Source: Octopus vulgaris (Eukaryota). Taken from it: DNA of 64,000 nucleotides. The stretch is from the NCBI GenBank assembly GCA_951406725.2, contig OX597828.1:40982001-41046000 (forward strand), in the 5' to 3' direction. The notes below the pieces were generated by a model. It was not told the DNA's origin. It did not search any database and saw only the letters and a program-made list of their open reading frames with translations. Positions 28,209-41,034 of this stretch are shown piece by piece. How positions within the stretch are numbered: the first letter of the stretch is position 1; each line of letters opens with the position of its first letter. The position numbers were made by a program, and so were the translations under genes.

Positions 28209-28800
28209 GAAAATAGGAAATCCGTTGGAAAAACAAAAACAGAACAGAGGCGGAGCAAAAACAAATCGAACTATGCTCCTAAGAGCCCATGGCGAAACTG
28301 TTTATCAGTGTATGTTGAGAACCGGTGGCTGAAGAATTCAACGGGTCAGGCATCGGTCAATCATGTGGGTGAGGGGGCGTAGATGTTCTTTGTGACCGAG
28401 AATAAAGTTCTAACTATTTAAGGAATATTGGATGTTTTATAAGGGGCGAGAAAAAAATCTACTTAGAGACGTGTGTGTGTGTATACTGTTCTATATACGT
28501 GTGTGTTGGCGTAGGGGTAGAAAACATTTTTTGTGTACGTGTGTGCGTTTGATCGTTCGGCTGTCAGTGGCTACTGCCGTGATGACCGTTGGGTGGCAGA
28601 AAAAAATATATATCATGTTTTATGTGTGTGTGTGTTCTCATTTAAGCCTGCCTTGTCAAGGAAACCCCCCGCTGTGAAAAACCCAAGCCCCGTTTGTCTT
28701 ACAGGAGTAATTCCCCTTACAGTGGTTAATCGTAGATATCTTAAAGGCTATTTCAGAATTTGTTACCAAGGGCTATGGGTGCCGGTATTATTTATAAACG

Positions 28801-30858
28801 CTATTTAAAAGCCAGATAAGTGTAACGCCGCCAATGGGGGCATCGAAAAGCCGACTGTAAAAGCCCGTTTACCATCCGGCCTCTAGCAAACAAAATATGG
28901 AAGAGTTCGGAGACACAAAGGTTGCACTGCCTTCTGCCCCTATCAAATGGGAGGGCCACCGACAAAATTGACCATTCCAGCCTGTAGCTTAAGTTCGTAT
29001 CCTTCAGTCGCCATATTAGCTTACTGAGTCCCGTGGTCTGGCGCTTGTTCATGTCCCGAAAAGTTGCGTAATGGTTGGAGACACGCAAAGACAATCTTGA
29101 GGATGAGGCCCCTACATAAGTGAAGACATCTGAGTCCGTGTAAACCTTGCATTGGTAGACGGCGTTTTTGATCTTGGAGTTCGCCGAAGTGAATCTAATT
29201 CTGCTAGGATTAGTTTCTGAAATTAGAACTGCGTTCCTGTCACTATATTCGTTCCGAGACCTGCAGCCGCTTACTACTCTATTTTCCACTACGTCACTAT
29301 TAACTATAGGAATAACCCCTGATTCTCCACTATCTATCAAAGTGCTGTCATTGCTACTGCCCGTGGTGCTGCTATTGCGGGAAATGATGCTGGGGATGCT
29401 ATTGGGGCTCTCTACCCTACTCCCATTGTTACCGTCAACCACAACACCCCTATTTATAACTATACCCCTAGTGGGTACTCCCTGGCTGGAGCTGAGATTA
29501 TGTGTCACTGTACTGGCTCTCATATCATTATTACTACTATAATTATTCCTACTGAGCATTAAACCGGGAGCGGAAGAGGCTGTGCCTCCGGAAAAAGGTG
29601 ATAGGGTCTTAGTAAGTAGCCTATTATTATGGGAGGCGATTATCTGGGCGAGGTTTTTAGTGTTGGAGAAAGCTATCCTAACTTTATGCGAGTTAACCGT
29701 GGAGTAATATTTGGAATTTCTGGGGAAGTTATTGGCGATGGCTTGTCTAAACATGAGGGGGAGGTTAGTTCTAATCTGCTTACCAAAGGGGATTACAAAC
29801 CATATATGCTTATTCCTATCAGTGTGGTGGATCGGGACGCCAGCTCTCGCATTCGGGTGGGTGATTCTCGGATGAATGACGGGTCTTGGGTTAGTGTAAG
29901 ACCTCCCGGACCGATAATTATCCTTGTTCGCTAAATTAAATGCGGGAGCGACTACCCCGGCATCCACCGCGCTCCCGTCCTTACTTAAAATGTTAATGTT
30001 ATTATATACGGCCCTATCCTGATGACCGAATGATGGCATCGGAAGGGCCGGATCAATATAAATTACCTTCTGCCTATAACCGGCCTTGGATAGTGCGGCG
30101 TTATAAAATTCCGCCTTCTGCATAAAAATATCGGCACTGGCGGACAAGCCAGACAATCTTAGAGAGATGTTTTTAACCAAATTGTCTGTTACGGTTTTGG
30201 CATGATTTGAGAAGACACTGACATACTTCAAATTAGTGGAAGGCTTATGGTAAGGGCAGTATGAGTCGCTATTAAGGTTAAGTGTAACGTCTAGGAAATT
30301 GGCCTTGGTGAGTTCATTATCAAAAACTATACTCATGCCCATTCTATTAAAAAACCTAGCTAACCTGCTCTTAGTTTTCTGCACTATTCTGTTCGTGGTG
30401 TTTTGCAGGTAAAACAGACAATCGTCACGATACAGGCCGCCCGCGATCTCCGGGAATTGGTCGGACAATTCGTAGAGAATATATATTCCGACCAAATCGG
30501 CTATCTGCGCACTATCCGAACTACCCATAGGCACATCAAATTCATTGGGAGTATCTTTACGGATCCACAACTTATTATCAAACTTAATAAACGATTTCCT
30601 GGCAACTAAAATGATATCTATCTCTTCTCTGGTGAGGCCAGCCTTGTTGTGAGCATGCCAGAGGGCCTTATTTAGCACACTAGGGTTAATCGAGGGGTAG
30701 AAGCTGGCGATATCAAACTGAATGAACCTAGTACGGTTCTTATTGGGGATGGAAGAGAACCACTTCACTACCTGCGAGGAGTTGGCCCAGAGGCTGAGCT
30801 TCAGCTTGTTTACTAAACTAGGGATATATTTATCTAAAATGGGATATATTTTCTTCAA
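28801..30858 (-). CDS. PLE reverse transcriptase + GIY-YIG endonuclease (N-terminally truncated, uninterrupted 685 codons)
   Basis: RT motifs FIQFDIASFYPSI, VPMGSSDS, GLYRDDCL, NFLDVTLNL; endonuclease AVYQC..TYVG..R..NH, LSKLIWRLK, CNLCVSE, CPH as recalled for Naiad PLEs. Confidence 0.9.
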   Translation of the reverse strand: MKKIYPILDKYIPSLVNKLKLSLWANSSQVVKWFSSIPNKNRTRFIQFDIASFYPSINPSVLNKALWHAHNKAGLTREEIDIILVARKSFIKFDNKLWIRKDTPNEFDVPMGSSDSAQIADLVGIYILYELSDQFPEIAGGLYRDDCLFYLQNTTNRIVQKTKSRLARFFNRMGMSIVFDNELTKANFLDVTLNLNSDSYCPYHKPSTNLKYVSVFSNHAKTVTDNLVKNISLRLSGLSASADIFMQKAEFYNAALSKAGYRQKVIYIDPALPMPSFGHQDRAVYNNINILSKDGSAVDAGVVAPAFNLANKDNYRSGRSYTNPRPVIHPRITHPNARAGVPIHHTDRNKHIWFVIPFGKQIRTNLPLMFRQAIANNFPRNSKYYSTVNSHKVRIAFSNTKNLAQIIASHNNRLLTKTLSPFSGGTASSAPGLMLSRNNYSSNNDMRASTVTHNLSSSQGVPTRGIVINRGVVVDGNNGSRVESPNSIPSIISRNSSTTGSSNDSTLIDSGESGVIPIVNSDVVENRVVSGCRSRNEYSDRNAVLISETNPSRIRFTSANSKIKNAVYQCKVYTDSDVFTYVGASSSRLSLRVSNHYATFRDMNKRQTTGLSKLIWRLKDTNLSYRLEWSILSVALPFDRGRRQCNLCVSELFHILFARGRMVNGLLQSAFRCPHWRRYTYLAFK

Positions 30859-31169
30859 TTCACCAATAATGTTCTAATTTCAATTATCCGCACCAACGCA
30901 CGGTTGCAACACCATATGGTTGTACCTCCAACCGTGCTGTTTTACTGCTGTGATTTTTGCTACTAAGGTATCGGTTAAACTTTTGATTAATCTACTACAA
31001 GATTATTCATCTTTCTATTTCACATAATATATGTATGTATATATATATGTATATATATGTATGTATATATATGTGTATATATGTATGTATATGTATGTAT
31101 ATATATATGTATATATATGTATATATATATGTATATATATGTATGTATATATATATATATATATGTATG

Positions 31170-31254
<85 letters not shown>

Positions 31255-31442
31255 GTATTTATATATATATATGTATGTATATATGTATGTATATTTGTAT
31301 ATGTGTATGCATATGTGTCTGCATACATACATATATATATATGTATGTATATATGTATGTATATTTGTATATGTGTATTCATATGTGTCTGCATATATAT
31401 ATATACATACATATACATATATAGTATATTGTTTTCAGTATC

Positions 31443-31530
31443 TGCCATCTTTAAAGAGCATATGCTGTTACTTAACTGCATCGTCATCTCATATCCAATT
31501 ACCTAATACCCAATGCGAAACTGGTTGGCA
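31443..31530 (+). ncRNA. Decayed PLE-type hammerhead
   Basis: TGCC-(core decayed to TTTAAAGA)-GCAT...ATGC-GAAAC-TG-GTT-GGCA; stems I and II retained. Confidence 0.45.
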
Positions 31531-32335
31531 AGATTGGCTATAAAGGCTCTATAATACTGTGTACTTTGAATCATATTTATATATATATATATATGTGTGT
31601 GTGTTTGTGTGGTGAAGATGGTTGATTTGCTACCAATTGCTTCCAGGTTGAATTCCATTGTATGGCACCGTGAAAAAATGTCTTCTACTATTCCTCTAGG
31701 CTGACCAAAGCCTTGGAATGGATTTAGTAGACAGAAACTTCAAGAAGCTTGCCATGTACATGTATATAACTTAGGTTCACCATAAGAAACCAATACAATA
31801 AGTATGAGACTCCAAAAAGAAATGCTGCGGTTGATTTATTCAATGGAACTCTACTTGGTTAATACCCCAGCATGGTCACATTCCAATAACTGATATGGGC
31901 AAAGGGTTAAAGATATGTTTTAGCTTGTGATGTAAGACTTGTAAAGTATGTTAAGCTATATGTTGGTTAGTTAATTTTATCAAAAGTTGAGTCATGAACA
32001 GCTCAGCTCACGGCAAAACGCAGCTTTTGATATAAACAGTACTGGTGACACATAAAAGATGCCCAGTACACTCTGTGAAGTGCTTGGCTTGCACCACGTA
32101 AAAAGCACTTGTACCAGTGCCACATAAAAGTACCCATGCCAGTGTTGCATAAAAACACAGTACACTCTGTTAAGTGATTAGCATTAGGAAGGGCATCCAG
32201 CTGTAGAGACCCCAAGCCAAAATGGACTGGAGCCTGGTGCAGCTATCTGGTTTACCAGTTCAAGTCAAACTGTCTAACCCATGCCAGCATGGAAAAGAGA
32301 CGTTAAATGTTTATGTGTGTGTGTATGTATGTATG

Positions 32336-32379
<44 letters not shown>

Positions 32380-32384
<5 letters not shown>

Positions 32385-32898
32385 CAGAAAATCAAATCAA
32401 ATCAAAACAAATCAAAATAGATGAACATCAATGGAATTTGTATCTTTGTGGACCAGTGCCGGTGGCACACAAGAAAATCATCCGAACGTGGCCGTAGCCA
32501 GTACCGCATAGACTGGCCTCCGTGCTTTGGGGACGTAACAAACACCATCCGATCGTGGCCGTCCGCCAGCCTCATCTGGCACCTGTGTCGGTGGCACATA
32601 AAAACACCATCCGAGCGTGGCCGTCTGCCAGCCTCGTCTGGCACCTGTGTCGGTGGCACATAAAAACACCATCCGAGCGTGGCCGTTCGCCAGCCTCGTC
32701 TGGCACCTGTGTCGGTGGCACATAAAATCACCCACTACACTCTCGGAGTGGTTGGCGTTAGGAAGGGCATCCAGCTGTAGAAACACTGCCAGATCTGACT
32801 GGCCTGGTGCAGCCTTCGGGCTCCCCAGACCCCAGTTGAACCGTCCAACCCATGCTAGCATGGAAAACGGACGCTAAATGATGATGATGATGATGATG
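32380..32898 (+). mobile_element. RTE 3'UTR copy with three near-identical 62-bp tandem modules
   Basis: AAAACACCATCCGAGCGTGGCCGT..GCCAGCCTCGTCTGGCACCTGTGTCGGTGGCACATA repeated; (GAT)n tail. Confidence 0.85.
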
Positions 32899-33071
32899 AT
32901 ATATATATATATGTGTGTGTATATATATATATGTGTGTGTGTGTATGTATATGTATATGTGTGTGTGTGTATATATATATGTATATGTGTGTGTGTGTAT
33001 ATATATATGTATATGTGTGTGTGTGTATATATATATGTATATGTGTGTGTGTGTATATATATATATGTATA

Positions 33072-33102
<31 letters not shown>

Positions 33103-33989
33103 GTGTGTGTGTGTATATATATATATGTATATATATGTGTGTGTGTGTATATATATATGTATATATGTGTGTGTGTGTGTATATATATATGTATATATGT
33201 GTGTGTGTGTGTATATATATATGTATATATATGTGTGTGTGTGTATATATATATGTATATATATGTACATGCACGTGTGTATCCATTTGTTTGAATGTTT
33301 ACATTCTGTGATGTCTTTATATAAAACCAGTGTAGCTAAAACTGTCATGTTAGGTTGAGATGGACTGTTAGCTAATCATTCCATAATCCAGTCCTTTCAA
33401 AGATATGGAATAAAAGCCTCTTTGAACAATAAGGGTTTGTCATCTTCATTTGGTGTTTGTTTTTCATGCTAGCATGCACTGGACAGTTTGACAGGATGCA
33501 GGGTTGCACTGAACTCCATCGTTGACTTTGGCATAGTTTCTATGGCTGGATGCCCTTCTTAATTCCAGCCAATTTACAGTCTATTCTGGGTGCTTTTTTT
33601 TTTGTTTTGCTGCCATCATTAGAGAGGTTGCCATGTAACTTGCATGACAGAAAAAGAAGAGTAGGGTGTGGAAAATGGAGCCCACTCACAAGGCTTTGAT
33701 TGGCCTGGGACTATGGTAGTCATTTGTCCTTGGTGTCAAGCAATGGAACTGAAGCTGGAACAATGTGGATGGGAAGCAAAACTTCTTACCACACACACAC
33801 ACACACACACATGTGTGTATTGAAAATGAGCTAAGAAAAATAACTCAGAGTATTCAAAGATGAATAAGAACGCATTAAATAACTATGCACCAGATAAATT
33901 CCTAATTTATTGAAATTGTCTCCACTTCTAGGGAGGGTAAATCAATGGCTTGGTGGCAAGTGGTGCCGACAACAAATGAGAAGGGGAGG

Positions 33990-34260
33990 TAATCTCATGA
34001 CTTCCTCAAAGTTGAGATACCATTCAAGAAAAGACAAGTGTGTCATTGATGTATAGAAAGTAGAGAGTGGCAGGAGCAAAACCAAATCCTGGGGAACACC
34101 AGAGTCAACTGCAAATGAGGCAGAAAGAACTCTGTCAACACTCACCATGATGGTGTGATCACATAGGAAGCTATGGAGATGAGTGGAGCCCAGAGGCAGG
34201 AAGTTAGAGAGGAAAGTCATTTCTAGGATGGATTTGTGTCTTTGTTTATATTATTCTGTT
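33990..34260 (-). mobile_element. Decayed CR1/Jockey-group RT fragment
   Basis: VSVDRVLSASFAVDSGVPQDLVL resembles the SGVPQGSVL motif. Confidence 0.65.
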
Positions 34261-34299
34261 AGCAAATGTTCCATATTTTAAGCCTTCAACATGAGGCAA

Positions 34300-35720
34300 A
34301 ATGGAATGATAAAGACCTTACCTGAAAAATTTTGGCAGGACCTACTTTTTTGAGGCCTCCCAAGATCTGTATTTCAGAACCCTCTTTGTGTCTTACCCCA
34401 ACTTGGATTTCTTTTTCCTTGTTTTTTTGCCTTGAGTTTGTTTTCCATCATTGCAATAAGTAGGTGGTTCTGAGTCCTTGTCTCCATGTGCATGGGTGAT
34501 GATGTCCTACAACCTTAGCCTGCTCTCTGCCTGTTCCACTGCTTTCTCAGTTATCCCCTTGCATCCTGATCTTGTGGCTGTCTGCATCTCTGACCTTTTC
34601 ATCCTTGAATTTCTGTTTGATTGCCTTTTTTCTTTTTGGACTCCCAGATTAGTTGAGTAGACCTGTATGTTCCAAACATCCAGAGAAGTATATTTATTCC
34701 TCAATATGTGGATCATCATCCTCTTGGTTAGGAGTGAGAACATTTTGCATTCAAGTCTCAAAAGAGAAATGGTTCAAAATGGCTAATCTCAGAGATTACA
34801 AAACAACTCTCAGCTCTTTTCCAGGATAATAAGGTGGTAACTTTTGCCCATTGTCCCTACAAAAGTATTAAGCATTTCTTATATATTTTTCAAAGTATAT
34901 CATCCGGTGGATCTTGATCAAGCTTTTTGGACATCGACTTGGATTTCTTTCCATCTAAGTTTCCTAGTATTAAGATCTTTGGGCCCTCCTCTGTTGACCT
35001 TCAGATGTCCAGCCAATGCTTGTTCCTTAAGAAAGTCACTGTAACTCTTTTGAGGAATTCTTCCACAACTTTCTTAGAGCTGATCAATATCCCAGATTTT
35101 GCCTCTCCCAGCAGAGTTTAGTTAATAATCCTGTATAAACCGAACTTGCTAAACCTCCTCCTTCCTCAATCTCAAATCTTTCTGGTCAAGTTTTTTGTGC
35201 CTTTCTGTTTCTCAACACTTTCTCTTATGCATTGCACATTGAGAAGCTCTTAGGCTTAAATTCTGTCTCTCTTGGTGAGCTATTTTCTAGGTGTTCAGGT
35301 ACTGTCCTCTTCTCAGTGCCAAAGCATTTCTTGGAATGATGGAGACAATCATTGTTAAGTCTTTTTATTCTATTTTCAACAATTGCTGCTAATCTGGCCT
35401 CTATAATCCTGTCATTTGCTGGGGGGTCGGGTTGGGGTCTTTTCACTCCCTCCTTTCAAGTTGGGTGTCTGGGATAGCATTAGGACTGTCTTTTCTGTGG
35501 CATTACTGTGAAACAGCTACCAAAAAGCCTCCACTGCTGTGGGATGATTACTGACAGAAATCCTGCATCTCACAAGGTGTCTCCACTCTGTATCTCATCT
35601 GCTTTCCCCCACTCCACACTTATCCTGGATCAGTGTGTCTTAAACTTTGCAACCTTACTAACCCTCCTACAATGGTACTTAACTTTCAACACATCCCCTT
35701 TGAGTGTTATTTGAGTAAGC
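34300..35720 (-). mobile_element. Heavily decayed HERO-like (RLE-type) non-LTR retrotransposon
   Basis: Broken frames give LLGEAKSG..VEEFL, WKEIQ..VQKA, IYKKC, WKRAE, LECKMF..LTKRM..NKY and GCLEHTG, in the order recalled for HERO RT. Confidence 0.55.
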
Positions 35721-36749
35721 CATGTTACTCCATCATCATCATCGTTTAACGTCCGCTTTCCATGCCGGCATGGATTGGACGGTTTGACTGAGGACTGGCA
35801 TGCCAGGAGATTGCACCAGGCTCCAATCTGATCTGGCATGGTTTCTACAGGTGGATGCCCTTCCTTGTTAGCCTCATCCACTCTTGACTTCTTTCCTGGA
35901 AATCGCTGGTTTTCCAGGGGATTTACTTTTAGATGCATCTACTTGAAATGCTAGCAGCTTCATTTCAGCCAAAGGAAGTCATAGGGTGGTATACAACTTA
36001 TCCTCAAGCGTTTCCGTCCCTAATCCACAATGTCCTCAGGTTGGTGGGCTGACAGGATGACCAGTCATTACTCATCTTCACCTGGTTTCTAGCTCAATTC
36101 CTCCTGCTTGCTCCAGAGACACCCAAATGCTTTTTCTGTTTGCCCTCTCAATCTACGAGCAGCTTTGTGTGTGTGTGTGTGTGTGTGTACACTGAAGAGT
36201 AGAATGAAAAAGGAGAGTCTATTTTTTTTTTACACTATCCTTACACGTATTTCTCTAGAGAATACGAATATGTTGTGTGATAATCATTGCGTGGGCGATT
36301 GCATAACATTGAAACGCCAGACCTTCAGAATAAAATAGTAATTCAATCCATGATTATTTACTAACAGATGGTTGACGGTGCTACGGTTTATATTGTGTGT
36401 GCATAACTGTATATAAATTTATATATGCATATATACATTCACACGCGCGCGTTCACACATACATGTATGTGTATACAGTTGTTAGAACACAAACAGTACC
36501 CAATACATACATACATATATTATTTTTAATCGGCAGAATTGACTCAAGGTCCTATTTAAATGGCAGAATAATTTGAAAGATGTGCATTTTAACGTGACCC
36601 TCCAGTTTTAATTTTTAAATGAACACTCCAGAAATAATTATAATACGTATATAGAAGAGGCAAGCTTCTAGTTTTGAAGTCAGTTTGATAAAGCACTATG
36701 CACGAAACTGCGCCGTTGAGTCACTTCCGTATGTTTCTGCCGATTAAAA

Positions 36750-36782
<33 letters not shown>

Positions 36783-36842
36783 GAAAGAAATACAAAATAT
36801 GGGACAAGAAAAAACACACACTGGTCATTCGAAGTTTTCTTT

Positions 36843-36880
<38 letters not shown>

Positions 36881-36886
36881 CGAGAG

Positions 36887-37095
36887 AGTAATCCCTCACC
36901 TATCACGGGTGTTACGTTCTAAAAACTTCCATAGAAATAATTAAAATCTAAAAAATCTAAATATCTATCGACTGCAGAAACCCGCGATGTACTGAGTACG
37001 CGATAGGTGAACTGCGATGTACTGAGTACGCGATAGGTGAACTGCGATGTTCTGAGTGCACGATAGATGAACCGCAATATGGTGAGGGATTATTG
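36887..37095. mobile_element. pogo/Tigger-like MITE with internal 31-bp tandem repeat
   Basis: TIR AGTAATCCCTCACC / GGTGAGGGATTATTG followed by TA; 3 x GCGATGTACTGAGTACGCGATAGGTGAACT. Confidence 0.7.
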
Positions 37096-37410
37096 TACAT
37101 ATATAAACGCGCATATATGCAAATATGCACACAGACTCGATGATTATTTTAATAAATTATAGTTGATTTTTTTTCTCCCTATTAATATTAAAAACTATAT
37201 CTTCCTCGTTTTGCAATATATCTATCTACTGGCGAAACCCGCCAACCCTCTGTGCGTCTGTGTATACATACGCATGTAAATGTATGCAGGCCTGTATAGA
37301 TATACTCGTGCGCGCGCAAGAGCACGTGTACTCTAACGCGCACATGTCAGCGTGTAACACAGACACGCATTTAAACATGTGCAGGAGCAGGCGCACGCAC
37401 ACCTTAAAGC

Positions 37411-37456
<46 letters not shown>

Positions 37457-37580
37457 GTATATGCATACACATATGCAAACACCAGCGAACGTATTTATTT
37501 AGACAGTTACATAGGTACACATACATAATATATATATATATATATATATATATGAATTTGAACACACACACGTATATAGG

Positions 37581-37672
37581 CGGAGGTAAAGAATATGCAC
37601 CCCACCCGTCTTCGGCGTAACAAAAACCCTAACTCAACCCCAAACACTGGGTGTGCATATTCTTTACTTTCG
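37581..37672. mobile_element. Small foldback MITE with telomere-like CCCTAAC core
   Basis: CGGAGGTAAAGAATATGCAC / GTGCATATTCTTTACTTTCG inverted arms. Confidence 0.65.
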
Positions 37673-38524
37673 TGCACACACACACATACATTGTCTGGGG
37701 AGAGTCATTCTCTTTTGGTGCCTTATTACTCACAATATATATATATACATATATAGTATGTGTGTGTGTCCGTAATGATATACGCACTTGCATAATGAAT
37801 ACAAAGCGTTACATTTTTTTTCTGTTATAACATTTTATCTCAGGGTGGCTAATTCTATCCACCCTTGATGAGACTTCTCATTAAATGTGGAGGGACGGGT
37901 AGGCTTTGGTCGTTCATCTTCTCCTCTTTCATTTCCACAGACGTTTGATAAACGGAATACCAGTCATATACTGTGACTGTAAGATATTTTAGTTCAGGTG
38001 TCATTAACTAGTCTCACTCATTCGTATCCCCCAGCACTACCAAACTAGGCCTTGTAATATCTCGACTATAAAGCTGTTTATGTTGTGCCTCTCCCCCTAT
38101 GACCTAATGTTAAGAATGAGAGGGGTTAGTTTCAACTTCAGACCCTATAAAGGTAGATTGTTACTGCTTCTGAATGGCTAAAGATTGAATTTTTGGGTGC
38201 GCTTGTGCCATGTTTAATGGTAAATAAACTTTGCTAAACCTCTTTCGGTTTTTATTAATTGAAGCTTAATATCGAAGCGCGTGTAATTTGCCCCTCAATG
38301 AAGTTCTGGTGTCGGTATATGAAAAAAGACATTGCACGTAAGAGGTATGACATCACCACCTCCTTATTTTTAGCCCGTGGTCAACCCTGTGTGAAAAGAT
38401 TATTTCTAAAGCTTTTTTCTCCTTCTCGACATATTGCATTCATTATGTAATTTCATTTCTTAAAGCAGTAATATTTTGCTTCTATTTCCAGCAGCCAGAA
38501 TGACTCGACCCTGTACTATTTGTC

Positions 38525-38560
<36 letters not shown>

Positions 38561-40749
38561 TATATGTGTGCGTGTGTAACTGTTTAATACTGTAACTTGT
38601 ACGTTTCTTTACACGAAAATTCATTTGGGTAGGAACCGAAAACAAACTGGGTCGAGAAAGGACTGTTGTTCACCACACCAGCAAGGGAGCCTTTACATGG
38701 TCGCGCGATCTGCTAGAAATAGCAATCAAACCTCCCAAAGTACACCATACTACCACCTTGCATCTGAAAGTACATGCACCCCACCCCTTAAAACGACTGG
38801 ATGATCAAGATTGGAATGCTTTTGAACCAGGGTTAAAAAGAACAACTGTTATTCAGTATATCCGATGTAAAGAGTGCTTGTGACATTCGTGTTTTCTCGA
38901 AGGCGTGGAAGGAAGTGAAATAAAAATGGCTTTCAATTGAAATCGAAACCGGGTCGTTGACATTTGCACTTTAGCAGTCGTTCGACTTGCCAGAAATGGA
39001 AACCGTTTCTTTCCCAAATGACATTTTGCTGTCATCTTAGAAGGGGGAAAAAGAGACCCATTGGATAATGTAGTGTAGAAAACAATGCTCGGATGATCAT
39101 GATTTGTACGCCTTTTGTTCATAGCTCTGCTCAGTCATCGCTGACCTGGGGCTAAACAATAACAAAGGAAGGTTTCGCAATTGTAAGGGAAGGGGTTGGA
39201 AATGAAGTCGACGCCTTTCTTAAAAGCATTGTTTTCAAACCTCCGGTCAGCCGTTGTCGAGCAAAACCTTTGATTAAAGGCGTTCTATTCATGACCATCC
39301 CGAATTATTTTCTTATTTTCAAGATAATAGTAAACGTCAGACTGTGTTATCTAATGTCTCCATTTAAAGATGCGGGATTTAACTGCTATAGTTAGCGGCT
39401 CGATCAATCACATCTGCAATCCTTCCTGCAAAGGAGAAGAGCGAAACGGCTTCGACCGGAAATCAAAATGCAGATGGCATGATGACTACGATGATGATGA
39501 TTTTGTTCGTGTGCACGTCCAACCTGATCGAGATGTATATGATCGAAGAAATTCCAGCCGTAACCATCCCACTTTTAGACATTTCAATCGCTGAATATCT
39601 AACTCAACCGTGTCCGATGTCTTTATTATTATTATTATTTTTTTTTTGTTAAGCTTGACTCTTGTGTTTTGAGTTGGGGTTTAGCTGCTATTTTGTTGCG
39701 GTGTTGAGCGACCACGTAAAAAGCTCCCTCGTTGACACCACTAATGGGTTTTTTTTTATTTAAGTTTATGATATAATCTCTATTCCCATCAATATTAACA
39801 CCTACTGTGTCCCATCCTTCATCGGTTTGTTATTGCAGTCTGGGACACACGGACGGTTCTTGATATGGCTGACTGACCTTGTTGACTGGTTTCCTGTCTG
39901 GGCAAACAAACGACAGACACACACACACACACACAACACGTACCGACCGTTTTCCCTCTGCACTAAGTCCACCATCCTTCCTGTCCCATCACCTCAACCC
40001 ATCTATCCGTTCACTACTTCTTTCCACCCGTCTTTCTTGGTCGTCATCATCATCATCACCATCATCAGCCACTTAAATTATTCCTTTACACATCTCTTTG
40101 TTTTTGACTGAAGTCCTATCGATGAAAAATAAGATAGAATAAAAAATCCCGCCTGCCGTGACCATCTCGTCCATTCCTTTGTGAATTGCGTATCTAGACC
40201 GGCATTATCCTTGTGTATACTTGCGTTCTTCAAGAGGGAGTAGGAGTATAATTTCGAGGGAGATTTGGCTGTTATCTCTAGCAAATCTAACGACTCCATC
40301 CTCATGCGATCACATAAAGGGTGCGGACGGAAGTACACTGTCCTCACCGTCCTTCCATTTATTTGATCCCTATTACAGGCATATTTTATTTTTTATTTAC
40401 ATTTTTCTTTCAACTCAAGAATCCTTTTATCTTTCACCGCGTTAAATCCTTTGTCTTTTCTAGTACATGTTGGCCCCATATATATATATATTGTTATTTT
40501 CCTTATTTTAAACAGTTCCCCTTTGTTTTCTATATTCCCATCTTACATCTCTTTTCAAATTGATCTTCCCATCACCTTATTCCTACCACATTTAAAAAAA
40601 AAAAAATTTAGCCTTTTCTCTTTGGTCCACATACACTAATCACTAAACATTTTTGCGTAGTTAATTTTCTTTATGGATGCTATGTCTTCCACCCTTAATA
40701 GTTACATTTATCTATCCATGTCGACTGCTTCCTATTTATATTTATATAT

Positions 40750-40873
<124 letters not shown>

Positions 40874-41003
40874 CAATAATTTTTAAGTGCTTTAGTTTTA
40901 CTGGGATCTCCCTTTTAAGTAGAAAGAATAGCCAAAACTTTTTGACTGCTATTTCTAAATTCGGTGTGTGGTGAGGCAAATCGTTGCTAAACCCTTAATT
41001 ACT

Positions 41004-41034
<31 letters not shown>

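Larger units (their letters stand above)
28062..31026 (-). mobile_element. Penelope-like element, Naiad-type, 5'-truncated with inverted terminal segment
   Basis: RT+GIY-YIG ORF, 3' hammerhead, 27-bp inverted repeat (28062-28088 and 30850-30876), inserted in a TA microsatellite. Confidence 0.9.

Noticed and set aside
29168-29934. Antisense ORFs over the PLE linker
   Set aside because: Shadow frames of low-complexity coding sequence with no motifs.
28210-30858. Selenoprotein-type Naiad (in-frame UGA plus SECIS)
   Set aside because: No in-frame TGA in the visible ORF and no convincing SECIS seen by eye.
32450-32730. CRISPR-like regularly spaced repeats
   Set aside because: Whole 62-bp units repeat with no unique spacers; part of an RTE 3'UTR in a eukaryote; no cas genes.
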